Source: a virus. Taken from it: a stretch of DNA of 64,000 nt. The position numbers and the translations under genes are program-made. The notes below the pieces were generated by a model. It saw only the letters and a program-made list of their open reading frames with translations. It made no database searches and had not been told where the DNA came from. The stretch covers positions 1 to 64,000 of the IMG/VR virus record IMGVR_UViG_3300005573_000058, one strand, 5' to 3'. This document shows, in pieces, positions 10,828 through 21,400 of this stretch. Every line of letters starts with the position of its first letter. Positions within the stretch are counted from its first letter, which is position 1.

Positions 10828-13800
10828 TTATGACACCCCCAAACCTGTAATTTGAGTAAACAAAACACCAACTCTAAGAACAGAATTAAGATAATGAGAA
10901 AGTATTGTATTAGTTCTTGCACCTCTCATACCAGCAATAAATGGTCTATCACCGTAAAACAAACCACATATTTCTATCATTTCTCTTCCGAAAACATATG
11001 CAGCAAATTTTCTCCACTTGTTATATACAACTTGATGCATACCAGCCGTAACTAATGCTGTAGCAGTAACAACAATACCGGTAGCAATCCATCCTACAGG
11101 ACCTGCACTAAGACCAAGAGCTGTTAAACTTTCTACTATTGTTTTAAATGATGCAATACCAACAACTCCAGTAGCAATACCAGGTACAGTTGGAACAATC
11201 CACCCCAATCCACTATATGTATTATATAATGCTTTAACCATGTCGTCATGATAAGATTTATTTTTACGTTTAACATGAACTCTTAAATCTGGTTTTATTA
11301 TTGTTATATAACCAGTTGAAGCATCAAATGAATGTATTACTTCCTCAACATCTATAATGCCTTGCATATTATTATATGCATCATATATATAAACAGTATC
11401 ATATGGTTCAACTGTTGGATCTCCTATAATTACCAATTGACCACCATACATTTCTCTCATTGTATTTGCAAGTATATTAAGACCAACTTTGAATTGTATA
11501 GGCAAGGCAAAATTTAAGTTTTTTAACATATCATTCATAGATATAGCCCATTCACGTTTTGTCGTTTCTGTTTTATTTTTCATTTCTTTTTCTATCTGTT
11601 TTTGTCTTTTTGCTATATATGCTACATAATCTTTTAACCTATAACCATAATCTTTTAATGCAGAATCTATGTTTTTTTGAAATGTTGAATACTCTCTTAT
11701 ATCGTCTATAAATATATCATCATCAGCATACAACTCTATACTATCTAATCTACTCATCCAAGGTAAACCTGCGATAAATCTACCTATTCCTATTCTTTTT
11801 ACATCATTTATATCTGCAACAGGGTTATGTGATGGATAAAACATTATAACTTTATTATAAAATTCTTCTGAACCAGCTGTAATAGAATTATCTATTATAT
11901 GATGTATAGAATCATAAAAATGAGATTTTGTTACTTTTTTATAAGAATCAAAAACAAAAGACATTGCGTTATTTTTCATTAGTTGAGGTACAATATCTAT
12001 TATTGCTCCCGTATTCATTATTTGTTTAATTAGATTAGGTAAAATGCTAACAGTAGCATCTTTTAGGCCGAATTTTGGGTTTTTACCAAGATAAAACCAT
12101 GACCATATAGATGGCCTACCTTTGAATCCTACACCAATTCTATCTTCATATAAATATAAAGCATTAGAAAATACATCAAAAGAATTTGACAATAAATCAG
12201 ATGTTCGTGATTTCATTGTTTCATATAGAGTTTTAAATATTTTTCCCTCTTCAATAAGTTTTTGCTTAAGTTGTGACATAAATACTGTTCTACGACTACT
12301 TCCTTCCATTTCTGCTATTTCATCAATTTTATTCATTTTTTGTCTTAGTTCATTAAGTATTTTTTTACTTTCTTCTATTATATTATTTAACAAAGCATTT
12401 TCAATTGGATTTGTTATATCAGATGCTTTATAATATCCATCTTTAGGTCCTATATATAATGTTTGTCTTGTTGCACCAAATATTTCATCATTATACGGCA
12501 TAACTTTACATATATATTCATTTGTATACAGAAGTGCTTCTTGTATCACATCAAAAGTTGTTTGTTCATGATGTATATACCATGAAAATGTTCTGGTTTT
12601 CGTCAATGCTGCGTATGCTTTACCACCCATCGGTAAATATACATTATCTGTTAAAGCATCATTTATATTATTAACAAAACTAAGATGATTTGTTATAAAT
12701 TTACTAAGTTGTCTTCTTGAAAAATGTGATTGTGCGATTTGCATATTAACATCATCAAATATACTGAAATGTCCTAGACTGTCAGACACATTTATCTTTC
12801 TTAATGCCCAACCAATAACATCTCCAATAGATCTATAGTCTCCACACATATGAAAACCAACATCTTCTTCTTTAGTTGGTTTTTCAAGTAAAACAGCTCC
12901 ATAATCTTGTGCAACAATTCGTATAACTTCTCCAGGTGTTAATTCTACAACCTTACCTATAAAAACTGTTGGCATTTCATCTAGATTATTAGAATATCCT
13001 AATTTAATAACTATTTTTGAACCAACTTGTAATGGAAAACTAGCCATAAATTGTTCATATGCTGTATCAGATGATAAAGAAGGCATAGTACTAGGTGAAA
13101 ATTCATTAGTACCAATAAATTCTATACCTGTTGACTCACTTTTAAATGATAATACATTTGATATATTAGATAAAACAATTTCTGCAGTAGAACTTGCTGC
13201 TTTTCTACTTTTTACAATTTTTATACTTTGTACAGCATTATAAGCATAAAAATCATCGAAACACAACCATGCATCGCTATCTTCTTCAACAAGAAATAAT
13301 TTAAATGTTGGATATGCTCTTTCCATACCATAGGCTAGCTTAAATGTTGTTTCAGCTGCTTCATCTAAAGCTTCCATTGCTTCTGTTAAACTTAGCAGTG
13401 AGGTAAGACCTAATTTAGATGATAAACTTTCAGTAGCTTGAGATATATATACAGGTAATATATCATGATTTAATAACACACCTAGATAATGCATCCAATT
13501 GGTCAATGTATCAATTTCTGTTGTTGTATTATCTATAGCCATTTCAAAATATCGTTTATCTGTATCTGACATATTTCCAGTACTTTGTTGATTATATAAA
13601 TTTAACGCTGCTTCTAAAAATAATTTTCTTGCATATGCTTTAATGTAAGTAAAAATAATTTCAACTCTTAAAAGATATTCTGATAAAAATCCTCCTAAAT
13701 TATCATCTAACTTAGATAACACATTTCGAACAGTATCTTTATCAGCAAAAATTAATGTTTGCATTCTATTATCCAAAGTTCTTTTTTCACTTTCACCCTC

Positions 13801-15126
13801 TTTAGGTATTAAAGCATCAATAATTTCTTTTATTTGTGATAACAGTTCCGATGATATAGTATTGTTACCTTCTTTAACTTTTTCATTTACTTTATTGAAT
13901 TTATATACTATACCATTGGCAAGATCATTATATATCTTAAATAAAGACTGATCTGGTCCAACAGGTTTTTTTACAAATAGAGTATCAAGAGTATATCTAT
14001 TTGTTTGTAACATTTGTTTAACATAAGGATTGTTTGAGTTTATGTCAACAAATTCTATTAAAGGTTCTGCTTTATTTTCCTTTAACATTATTTCATTTAT
14101 TAATTTACCATCGCGTATAACAAAAGCAATTAATCTACCATATGGATCAACAGTATTAATTAAAGAAAAACTAATAGTTATTTTATCTCCAACTGATATT
14201 AATTGTTTTAAAAATTCAAAAGATTGTTTTCCTTCCTCTGTACTTATTTCTGGTGCATTTATCATTGCAAATCTAACCGTTAATGTATATTCTTTAGAAC
14301 TAGATTTACTTATATATTTAACTCTTATAGTATCACCATCTATAATTTCTGATACTGTTACATCTAAATTACAAGTTGCATTAGTTAAAGTACTACCTTC
14401 ATCTGATTTACTAATATAAAGATTACCAGAAGCATCTTCTATAACTTCATCTATCACTTGCTTTTTTTCTATATATTCTGTAGGACTACTTTTTCCTATA
14501 GGATTAGTTATTATAATATCTACTTCATCTAAAACCATCGATAATAAACTTAGAATATAACCTATAGTCTGTTGTATATATGCTTTTAACATCAGTTGTG
14601 ATTCTAACAACATTGAATTATAACTAGACAAATCTTTATAAAAGTAAAAAGTAGGATGAAAATTAACAATATCATAGGATGGAAAAGCATTAATAGGTTC
14701 TTTTGATATCAATTTAGCAATAATATCATAAGAGCCATATGGATTATCAGGATCATTAGATTTTGGTAGACCAAATTCAGGATAACCTATAAGTTGTCTT
14801 ATCTTACTACGATATAATTCCCTTCTTTTATTCAAAAAATCATGTAAAAAAGTGTCAATGCCTGATGGATCTGCACTGCTATAATCTTTACTTAAAATTT
14901 CAGGAAAATCAGAAATTACAAGCATAGGAAATGTTAAATATTCTTTAATTCTTGCTGTAATTTCATAATGTTTTAATAAAACTTCCAAAATATCCTTTGT
15001 ATTATCTGACTGCCATAGATTCCAAGACAATGAAACAACATCTCTAAACAATGCTCCTGTTGAAGGAACTTCTTTTAAAGTAATTGATTTATTTTCTTCG
15101 TTTATCTCATAAGCATAATTATTCAT
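10828..15126 (-). CDS. Baseplate hub-like protein with an inserted thermonuclease (SNase) domain, 1432 aa
   Basis: Hub-like IKLGYSNN..VFIGKV..VAQDYG and GQLVIIGDP..PYD..DVEEVIHSFD; SNase IIDGDTIRV..RFAMINAPE..DPYGRLIA. Confidence 0.75.
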   Translation of the reverse strand: MNNYAYEINEENKSITLKEVPSTGALFRDVVSLSWNLWQSDNTKDILEVLLKHYEITARIKEYLTFPMLVISDFPEILSKDYSSADPSGIDTFLHDFLNKRRELYRSKIRQLIGYPEFGLPKSNDPDNPYGSYDIIAKLISKEPINAFPSYDIVNFHPTFYFYKDLSSYNSMLLESQLMLKAYIQQTIGYILSLLSMVLDEVDIIITNPIGKSSPTEYIEKKQVIDEVIEDASGNLYISKSDEGSTLTNATCNLDVTVSEIIDGDTIRVKYISKSSSKEYTLTVRFAMINAPEISTEEGKQSFEFLKQLISVGDKITISFSLINTVDPYGRLIAFVIRDGKLINEIMLKENKAEPLIEFVDINSNNPYVKQMLQTNRYTLDTLFVKKPVGPDQSLFKIYNDLANGIVYKFNKVNEKVKEGNNTISSELLSQIKEIIDALIPKEGESEKRTLDNRMQTLIFADKDTVRNVLSKLDDNLGGFLSEYLLRVEIIFTYIKAYARKLFLEAALNLYNQQSTGNMSDTDKRYFEMAIDNTTTEIDTLTNWMHYLGVLLNHDILPVYISQATESLSSKLGLTSLLSLTEAMEALDEAAETTFKLAYGMERAYPTFKLFLVEEDSDAWLCFDDFYAYNAVQSIKIVKSRKAASSTAEIVLSNISNVLSFKSESTGIEFIGTNEFSPSTMPSLSSDTAYEQFMASFPLQVGSKIVIKLGYSNNLDEMPTVFIGKVVELTPGEVIRIVAQDYGAVLLEKPTKEEDVGFHMCGDYRSIGDVIGWALRKINVSDSLGHFSIFDDVNMQIAQSHFSRRQLSKFITNHLSFVNNINDALTDNVYLPMGGKAYAALTKTRTFSWYIHHEQTTFDVIQEALLYTNEYICKVMPYNDEIFGATRQTLYIGPKDGYYKASDITNPIENALLNNIIEESKKILNELRQKMNKIDEIAEMEGSSRRTVFMSQLKQKLIEEGKIFKTLYETMKSRTSDLLSNSFDVFSNALYLYEDRIGVGFKGRPSIWSWFYLGKNPKFGLKDATVSILPNLIKQIMNTGAIIDIVPQLMKNNAMSFVFDSYKKVTKSHFYDSIHHIIDNSITAGSEEFYNKVIMFYPSHNPVADINDVKRIGIGRFIAGLPWMSRLDSIELYADDDIFIDDIREYSTFQKNIDSALKDYGYRLKDYVAYIAKRQKQIEKEMKNKTETTKREWAISMNDMLKNLNFALPIQFKVGLNILANTMREMYGGQLVIIGDPTVEPYDTVYIYDAYNNMQGIIDVEEVIHSFDASTGYITIIKPDLRVHVKRKNKSYHDDMVKALYNTYSGLGWIVPTVPGIATGVVGIASFKTIVESLTALGLSAGPVGWIATGIVVTATALVTAGMHQVVYNKWRKFAAYVFGREMIEICGLFYGDRPFIAGMRGARTNTILSHYLNSVLRVGVLFTQITGLGVS

Positions 15127-15132
15127 AACATC

Positions 15133-18100
15133 TTAATATTCTAAATATGGAGGTTTTACCTTTGTTATATCTGTAGCTTTACCTGATAATCTTCTGTACT
15201 TTTCTTTTGCTCCCAAGTTCATCTTACGTTGTGTTTCAGTATATTTATCATCAAGATCTTTAAATTTACTCAATAAATAATTAACAAAAAATCTGTCTTT
15301 ATATTGATCAGCCTTGCCACTTTTATAAATGTTATATAACAGGTTATAAAAGTTTATTACATCACTCGGTTTTACCATTCTTAAATCAGTTATTCTTTCA
15401 TATCCATACATAGATAAATCATTCTGTACAAATTTAATAACAACATTAAAGGCACCAGGATTACCTTTTATAGATTGAATATCAATAAAATCTATAACAC
15501 ATTCTCTTACTCCTAATAGTCCGAACACACCACTATCATTAGTTTTTATAGTTATAGGAAGAATAGGTGTTTTAGTTAATATAGAAAATCTGTTTTTAAC
15601 AGCTGCTGTATATTGTATTCTATTTTGCATTACTCTCAGTTCTTGTATAAGCATTATATCAGTGGTTTTAATATTCAATGTAACTTCCCAATTATCTCTT
15701 CCTATAAACTGATATGTTGGCATGTTAAACTGCAATGTTTTTAAAGGAACAAATCTATTTCTATAAGAAGCACTCCAACTAGTTATAGCTGTTTTGGAAG
15801 TATTTTCTATAACAACTCTAGATTCTTGATTCATTATAAATAGTTCAGCAAAACTAGACTTAACTATTTGATCTACAGCATCTCTAACAGCGTTTCCTAA
15901 TAACAGTGCTATACGCATCTTTTTATTATTATCCTCACCTATATTAACAATATCATTAATAATTTTGCCAATTTCTTGTTCTTGAACAGAAGCAACTTCT
16001 CCAGCAGATGGTACTGTTTCTCTCATTCTTTTTAGTAAATTTTCCAAGTAAACTGATATAGAGGTTTTTATACTATTATCTTCTTGAGACATATTAATAT
16101 TATTTTTCAAAGTATCAACAAATTTATTATAAGCATAAGCTGGAGCTCTTAATAAAGCTTTTAATGCGCCAAAAAATTCCGTCCATATAGATTTAATATA
16201 TCCATTAATTGTTAATATAAAGTCGCCTAAACTTATACCTGCTTGTTTCATATATTCTTCTACTGAATCTATCATAGATTTAAATGTTTTTAAATCAGTA
16301 TATAACTTATTTAATTTTATATCTAAATAATCAGAATTTGTATAATTGTATGAAAATACATATTTATCAAATGTATTTTCTCTTACTTTTCTCAAAATTG
16401 TTTCACCACTACAATTGTCATATGTCGTATTTGCATGTTCTTCTAATATATCTGTATAATAAGAAACATAAGGTTCGGACGCACCAGCTGCAAAGGTAAA
16501 ATCAACTGGTTTCTGTTCTTCAGGTTTACCCATGTATATATACATTTTATTTAACATTTGATTATAAGAATCTGAGTAACTTTTACAAAATGCAAATGTG
16601 TTTACATAAGGTATATAGTTAAATATTTTTAGACCGAAAGTAGCTTGTATACTTCCAGGATGACCTTCAATTGAAGATAAAACAACAGAATCAAGAACAA
16701 CAGCTAAAACTTGATCCTCAAAAGAGATTCCGCTCCTATATTCTATGTTTTTGTATTGCTCTGCCATAGATAAATATTTTTCTATCCTTTCTCTTTCTAC
16801 TTTATCATCTTTCTTTTCCCATTCTTTTTCTCCCAAAATATCTTTACTTTTTGATATTAATTCATTAATATCATATATACCACTAGCAATAGCATATTGC
16901 AAAACTTTTGATCCTTCTGCTGATATATTAGTAACATATTTAGGTAATTCTATTGCAGGTAAAATATTTCCAAAAACTATCTTATTTATATGTTTATTTT
17001 CTAGTATAGTAAATGGTGTTCTTAAATATTGAGCTAATATATGTCTAAGTTTATAATTTATAGAAGGTATATCTGGAAAAACAGCAGATATTTCTATAAT
17101 AGACTCACTATTACCTGATTTTAATAAAGGAACAGCATTATATCTTATTGTATTAAAAGGTATATTTATGTCTCTTATCATAAAATGTATATCTGTTGGC
17201 TGAACAACTATATTTGTATCTCCTATAATACAAGCACTAGGACTATCAACTTCTGGTGATAAACTTAATAACTCTGTATTTGCGCCATAATAATTGCTTA
17301 CATTAAAATCTAGAAAGTTTACTGTATTTAAACTAACTATATTAATATTATCTTTAAAAACAATCGGCTTACTTTCTATATTATTAGTAACACTTCCATT
17401 ATCACCTGTTATCATTTTATACTTACCATTTTCAAATATAACGGTATATCTCTGATTAACTATACTACTGTCTATATATGATGGTGTTTCTAACCCAAAA
17501 ATATTATTCAATGCTTCTGCTTTTCTTCTAGTTAGAACATATTCACGAGATTTACCAGCTTTTAAAGCTTTTATAACACTGTTTATATTACCATCATAAC
17601 TATATATCGCAAAATGAACATGTGGTCCTGTCCAAGTTACAACAGAACCTATTCTTACGATATCACTGCCATAATATACTGTTTTTCCTAAATATAATTC
17701 CTCGTTATTAACTGCCGAATGAATTTGATACTCAAATGCTTCAATATCACCTATTCGAACCATCTTATTTAATATATTTCTATTTGGTTCAACATGAATA
17801 AAAACAAAACACAAGTTAGTTTTTTCTGGAAAAACATATATACTGTATGCATATACATTTTTAGAACTTCTCATATCACCGAAAGTAGCATTTACCATTT
17901 TTCTGGTACATAAAACTCTACAAGATTCTTGTACATATTGCTTATTTTGATTATATATTTTTCTACCAAAAGGTGAATAGACTTGTAAATTTGCTCCAGC
18001 AAAATCTATTCCGTAATGAGAATTCCATCCTGGATTCTGTCCACCAATCCAGCTATTTGGATCTAAAGCTTTTTCTGAACCTAAATATGCTCCTCTAGTT

Positions 18101-18216
18101 ATTATTGCATATTTTAAAAAAGCATTAAAATAAATATCAATATCATCTACTACATAATGCAACTTATCTCTAGTTATATCTGCTCGAAATACCTTTGATA
18201 ATCTACTACTGCTCAT
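15133..18216 (-). CDS. Tail-associated protein with an N-terminal M23 peptidase domain, 1027 aa
   Basis: HYGID (HxxxD) at 18004-18018 and GPHVHF (HxH) at 17611-17628. Confidence 0.75.
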   Translation of the reverse strand: MSSSRLSKVFRADITRDKLHYVVDDIDIYFNAFLKYAIITRGAYLGSEKALDPNSWIGGQNPGWNSHYGIDFAGANLQVYSPFGRKIYNQNKQYVQESCRVLCTRKMVNATFGDMRSSKNVYAYSIYVFPEKTNLCFVFIHVEPNRNILNKMVRIGDIEAFEYQIHSAVNNEELYLGKTVYYGSDIVRIGSVVTWTGPHVHFAIYSYDGNINSVIKALKAGKSREYVLTRRKAEALNNIFGLETPSYIDSSIVNQRYTVIFENGKYKMITGDNGSVTNNIESKPIVFKDNINIVSLNTVNFLDFNVSNYYGANTELLSLSPEVDSPSACIIGDTNIVVQPTDIHFMIRDINIPFNTIRYNAVPLLKSGNSESIIEISAVFPDIPSINYKLRHILAQYLRTPFTILENKHINKIVFGNILPAIELPKYVTNISAEGSKVLQYAIASGIYDINELISKSKDILGEKEWEKKDDKVERERIEKYLSMAEQYKNIEYRSGISFEDQVLAVVLDSVVLSSIEGHPGSIQATFGLKIFNYIPYVNTFAFCKSYSDSYNQMLNKMYIYMGKPEEQKPVDFTFAAGASEPYVSYYTDILEEHANTTYDNCSGETILRKVRENTFDKYVFSYNYTNSDYLDIKLNKLYTDLKTFKSMIDSVEEYMKQAGISLGDFILTINGYIKSIWTEFFGALKALLRAPAYAYNKFVDTLKNNINMSQEDNSIKTSISVYLENLLKRMRETVPSAGEVASVQEQEIGKIINDIVNIGEDNNKKMRIALLLGNAVRDAVDQIVKSSFAELFIMNQESRVVIENTSKTAITSWSASYRNRFVPLKTLQFNMPTYQFIGRDNWEVTLNIKTTDIMLIQELRVMQNRIQYTAAVKNRFSILTKTPILPITIKTNDSGVFGLLGVRECVIDFIDIQSIKGNPGAFNVVIKFVQNDLSMYGYERITDLRMVKPSDVINFYNLLYNIYKSGKADQYKDRFFVNYLLSKFKDLDDKYTETQRKMNLGAKEKYRRLSGKATDITKVKPPYLEY

Positions 18217-18397
18217 TTTTACCTTTTATAATATTGTTCTTATTCATATTTAAACTTGAAAGAACATTTCTTTTAATTCTAGCTTGAACATTAACTTTAT
18301 TACCTGTCATTTGTCTTATAACACCTACAACTGTATCAACAGCTGTTTGTAAATTTTCATTAGAAGGATTTTTAACTGTAACTCTTATAATTTTCAT
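18206..18397 (-). CDS. Small hypothetical protein, 63 aa
   Basis: ORF track; own TGCTATAAT promoter 7 nt upstream. Confidence 0.6.
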   Translation of the reverse strand: MKIIRVTVKNPSNENLQTAVDTVVGVIRQMTGNKVNVQARIKRNVLSSLNMNKNNIIKGKNEQ

Positions 18398-18404
18398 CTT
18401 TTAT

Positions 18405-18413
18405 ATTATAGCA
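18405..18413 (-). promoter_or_regulatory. Extended -10 promoter TGCTATAAT, 7 nt before the ATG
   Basis: Exact recurring motif. Confidence 0.65.
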
Positions 18414-18415
18414 TA

Positions 18416-21400
18416 TTAAAATATATTCTTAAATGTAACAGGATATGGCACAGATGTCATATATTTATCGTAATCATCAACATTTCCTATAACATTACCA
18501 TATTTAAGAGCCATTTGATACTTTTTATAACGATAATAATTATCAAAAGTAGATATATTACGTTGTAATCTAATTCTCTTTTTGCCGTAAGGTATATATC
18601 TAGGACTAGTTAAGTTTTCGCCATAAGGAACATCCATTTCCCAACCAGAAAAATCCTGATCACCAACCATAAATCTATGTCTATTCAATTGACTCATAAT
18701 ACCTACTGTACCAAAAGCAATACCACCTAAAACACCAAGAGTTTTAAATGTACCTTTATTTTTTGCTACGCTTTCTCCAAAATTTTTACTAAAATTAGCA
18801 AAAGAAATAGCAACTTTATCAAATCCTATATTTTTAGCTGTTTTATTTATAAAAGATGCAAAATCAGTCATAAAAGAAGATGTTGAACCTCTTTCTATTA
18901 TTCTTGTGTAATAATCATCTGATGCTTCTATAATAGATTTTAATGCAACATCACTTTTGGCACCACCTAATGTTGCAACTATTTTTTCAAAGAATGGATT
19001 TGTTATAAGCATTTCTGGAGTTGTTGGATAAAGAAGAAACGTTTTAGCTCTTGTTAAAGAAGCTGTGATTTCATCTGCATCTCTATGTTCTATTAATACC
19101 TTATGCATTAAAAGATCTGTCAACTCAGCTGCTGAAAGTTCTTTCTCGCCTTCCGGTGCTTTATACTTGTATTTAAATGACTGTAACATTCCCTTCATTA
19201 CTCCTATAATTTTTTTGGCTTCTTCCGGCCTATTAGATAAACCATGTATCAGCTGTTCCACTGTCAAATCAGCTTCCTTATTCTGTCTAGCAGTAGTTTT
19301 TATACCTACATATTCCTTTAAACTATATAAAGCATGATAAGCATCTGTTAATATTTTACTGACAAGTTCTTTATCTGTAATTCCAACATCCTTTAATACA
19401 CTTGGGCCAATTAAATCTAATAATTGTAACTTCCTCATATATGCTGTATCAACCTTACTTATTTTATTCAAGTCCATAACCTTTTTAAATAATCCTTGTA
19501 TCGTAAAATCAGACTTTTTAAGATTTTCAAAAGCATTTTTTACAATATCTTTAAATGAATCAGATACATTTAATCCATAAACAACATATTCATCATAGTT
19601 TTTAAAGTCTTCTAGTACGTTTTCACTAATACCTGCTTTTTGTAATCTCGATTTTAACTCGGCTGAAAATTCATTTATTGTTGGAAAAACTAATGTTACA
19701 TTTCCTTCTCCTGTTCGTCTTATTATAGCTCTTGCTGTTGAAAATGAGATACCTCCTTCTCCAAAAATATTATATATTTCATTTATATTATTAAATTGTT
19801 TTTCTTTTATCTTTTCTTTAAATATCTGTTTTGCTTTTATATAATCAACAACAGATGAATAATAACTCTCTCTAAGACCTTCCTCAAGATCGCCACTCAC
19901 AGATGAAATCATATATATTAAGTCCTGGTCAAGGTCTCTATATATCAATTTTAATATATCTAGTGAAACCTTGGTTGATTGGTTTTCAGACTCATTTGAT
20001 AATACTACTCTAACTGGTACTAAACCACCAACGTTGGGCTGACCTAAGAGAGGAATAAAAATTTCTCCTTTTTTACTTATACTTTGCTTTATTTTCTCCC
20101 ATCTTTGAGGGTCTCTTGCTTTAGCAACACTTTCTATAAATTCATTCCAATCTCTATTAGACAGCATAACAGTCCTAAAAGGTACGTCTGTACTAGAATT
20201 AGCAACAGTTTGTAGTCCTGGCAATAGAGATTTTAGAGCTAAAATACCTTCAGCTTTATTATTTCTAAAAGCACTATCTATATAATTAAAATAGTCGATT
20301 AAATTATTTTTTAATATATCAAAATTACTTTCCTTTATTCCCTCATTTAACAAATAAATTATATTCAATGCTGTAGTAGTTGTTGTCGGCAAGTTCATAA
20401 CACTCTGTTCTTCAGCATTAAATGCTATTAGATATGGTGATACTCTTGGTATATATATTCTTTGAACATCCTTACCTGTTAATCTCTTTATTAATTCTCT
20501 TGCATTCATTTTTTCAACCTTTTCTCCTTCTTTTATACCCAACTTAATTTTCATATCCTTACCTATATTTCCCAAAGTAACATCAACATTACTTATATCT
20601 ATATAAAGAAGTTCAGGATTTATACCCTTAGACTTAATAAAAGTATTAATCCACCTAGGTATCTCAGTCTCATTTTCAGGTTTAAGATATTGAGATATTC
20701 TTGTAGCATTTAAAAAAACGTTACTAAAACTTCCACCTTGTGGGTCATTTACTAGTTTACCACCTGTTGCTGTTACAAAAATTTTATTATCAATTGCATC
20801 TTTTATATCTTTTGCTACATCTTTTATAGTTGTAGGAACAACATTTAAATTTCTATTGTTTTCAAGAGCATTTTTGATACTTTCTATACCTCCAATATCT
20901 GCCCATGTATACAACAATTCAGCGCCTTTGCCGAATATATCAGCATATGAAACAGCTGTTCTATAAAAATGTTTAATAACATCTTCATTCACAGGAGCAC
21001 CCCACATAAAACTGAATGGTTCTCTCATCATACTTATTTTAATACCCCTACCTGCTATTATATCCCTCAAGTTAAGCATATGTCTTAAATACATTTCATC
21101 CAATCTTGTAACAGAAAACATTTCAGCTCCAAGTACTGCTATATAATATTGATCAAATTGTTTTCTCAAAGAAATAATTTTTGGTAGTCCAACTAGTCTT
21201 GTTTGACTCTCATCTGCAATACCTAATGATTTATAAATACTTAATAAATGTTCCTCTATATCTTTACCTTCTATTTTTTTACCATTCATTGTTATACTCA
21301 TCCCTCTCAAATTATTAACATCTTTTTCTTCCCATTTACCTATTGTATTAACTTTGAGTGCTTCTTCTCTTATAGTTCTTCCTATTTTGTTTTTTATTTC

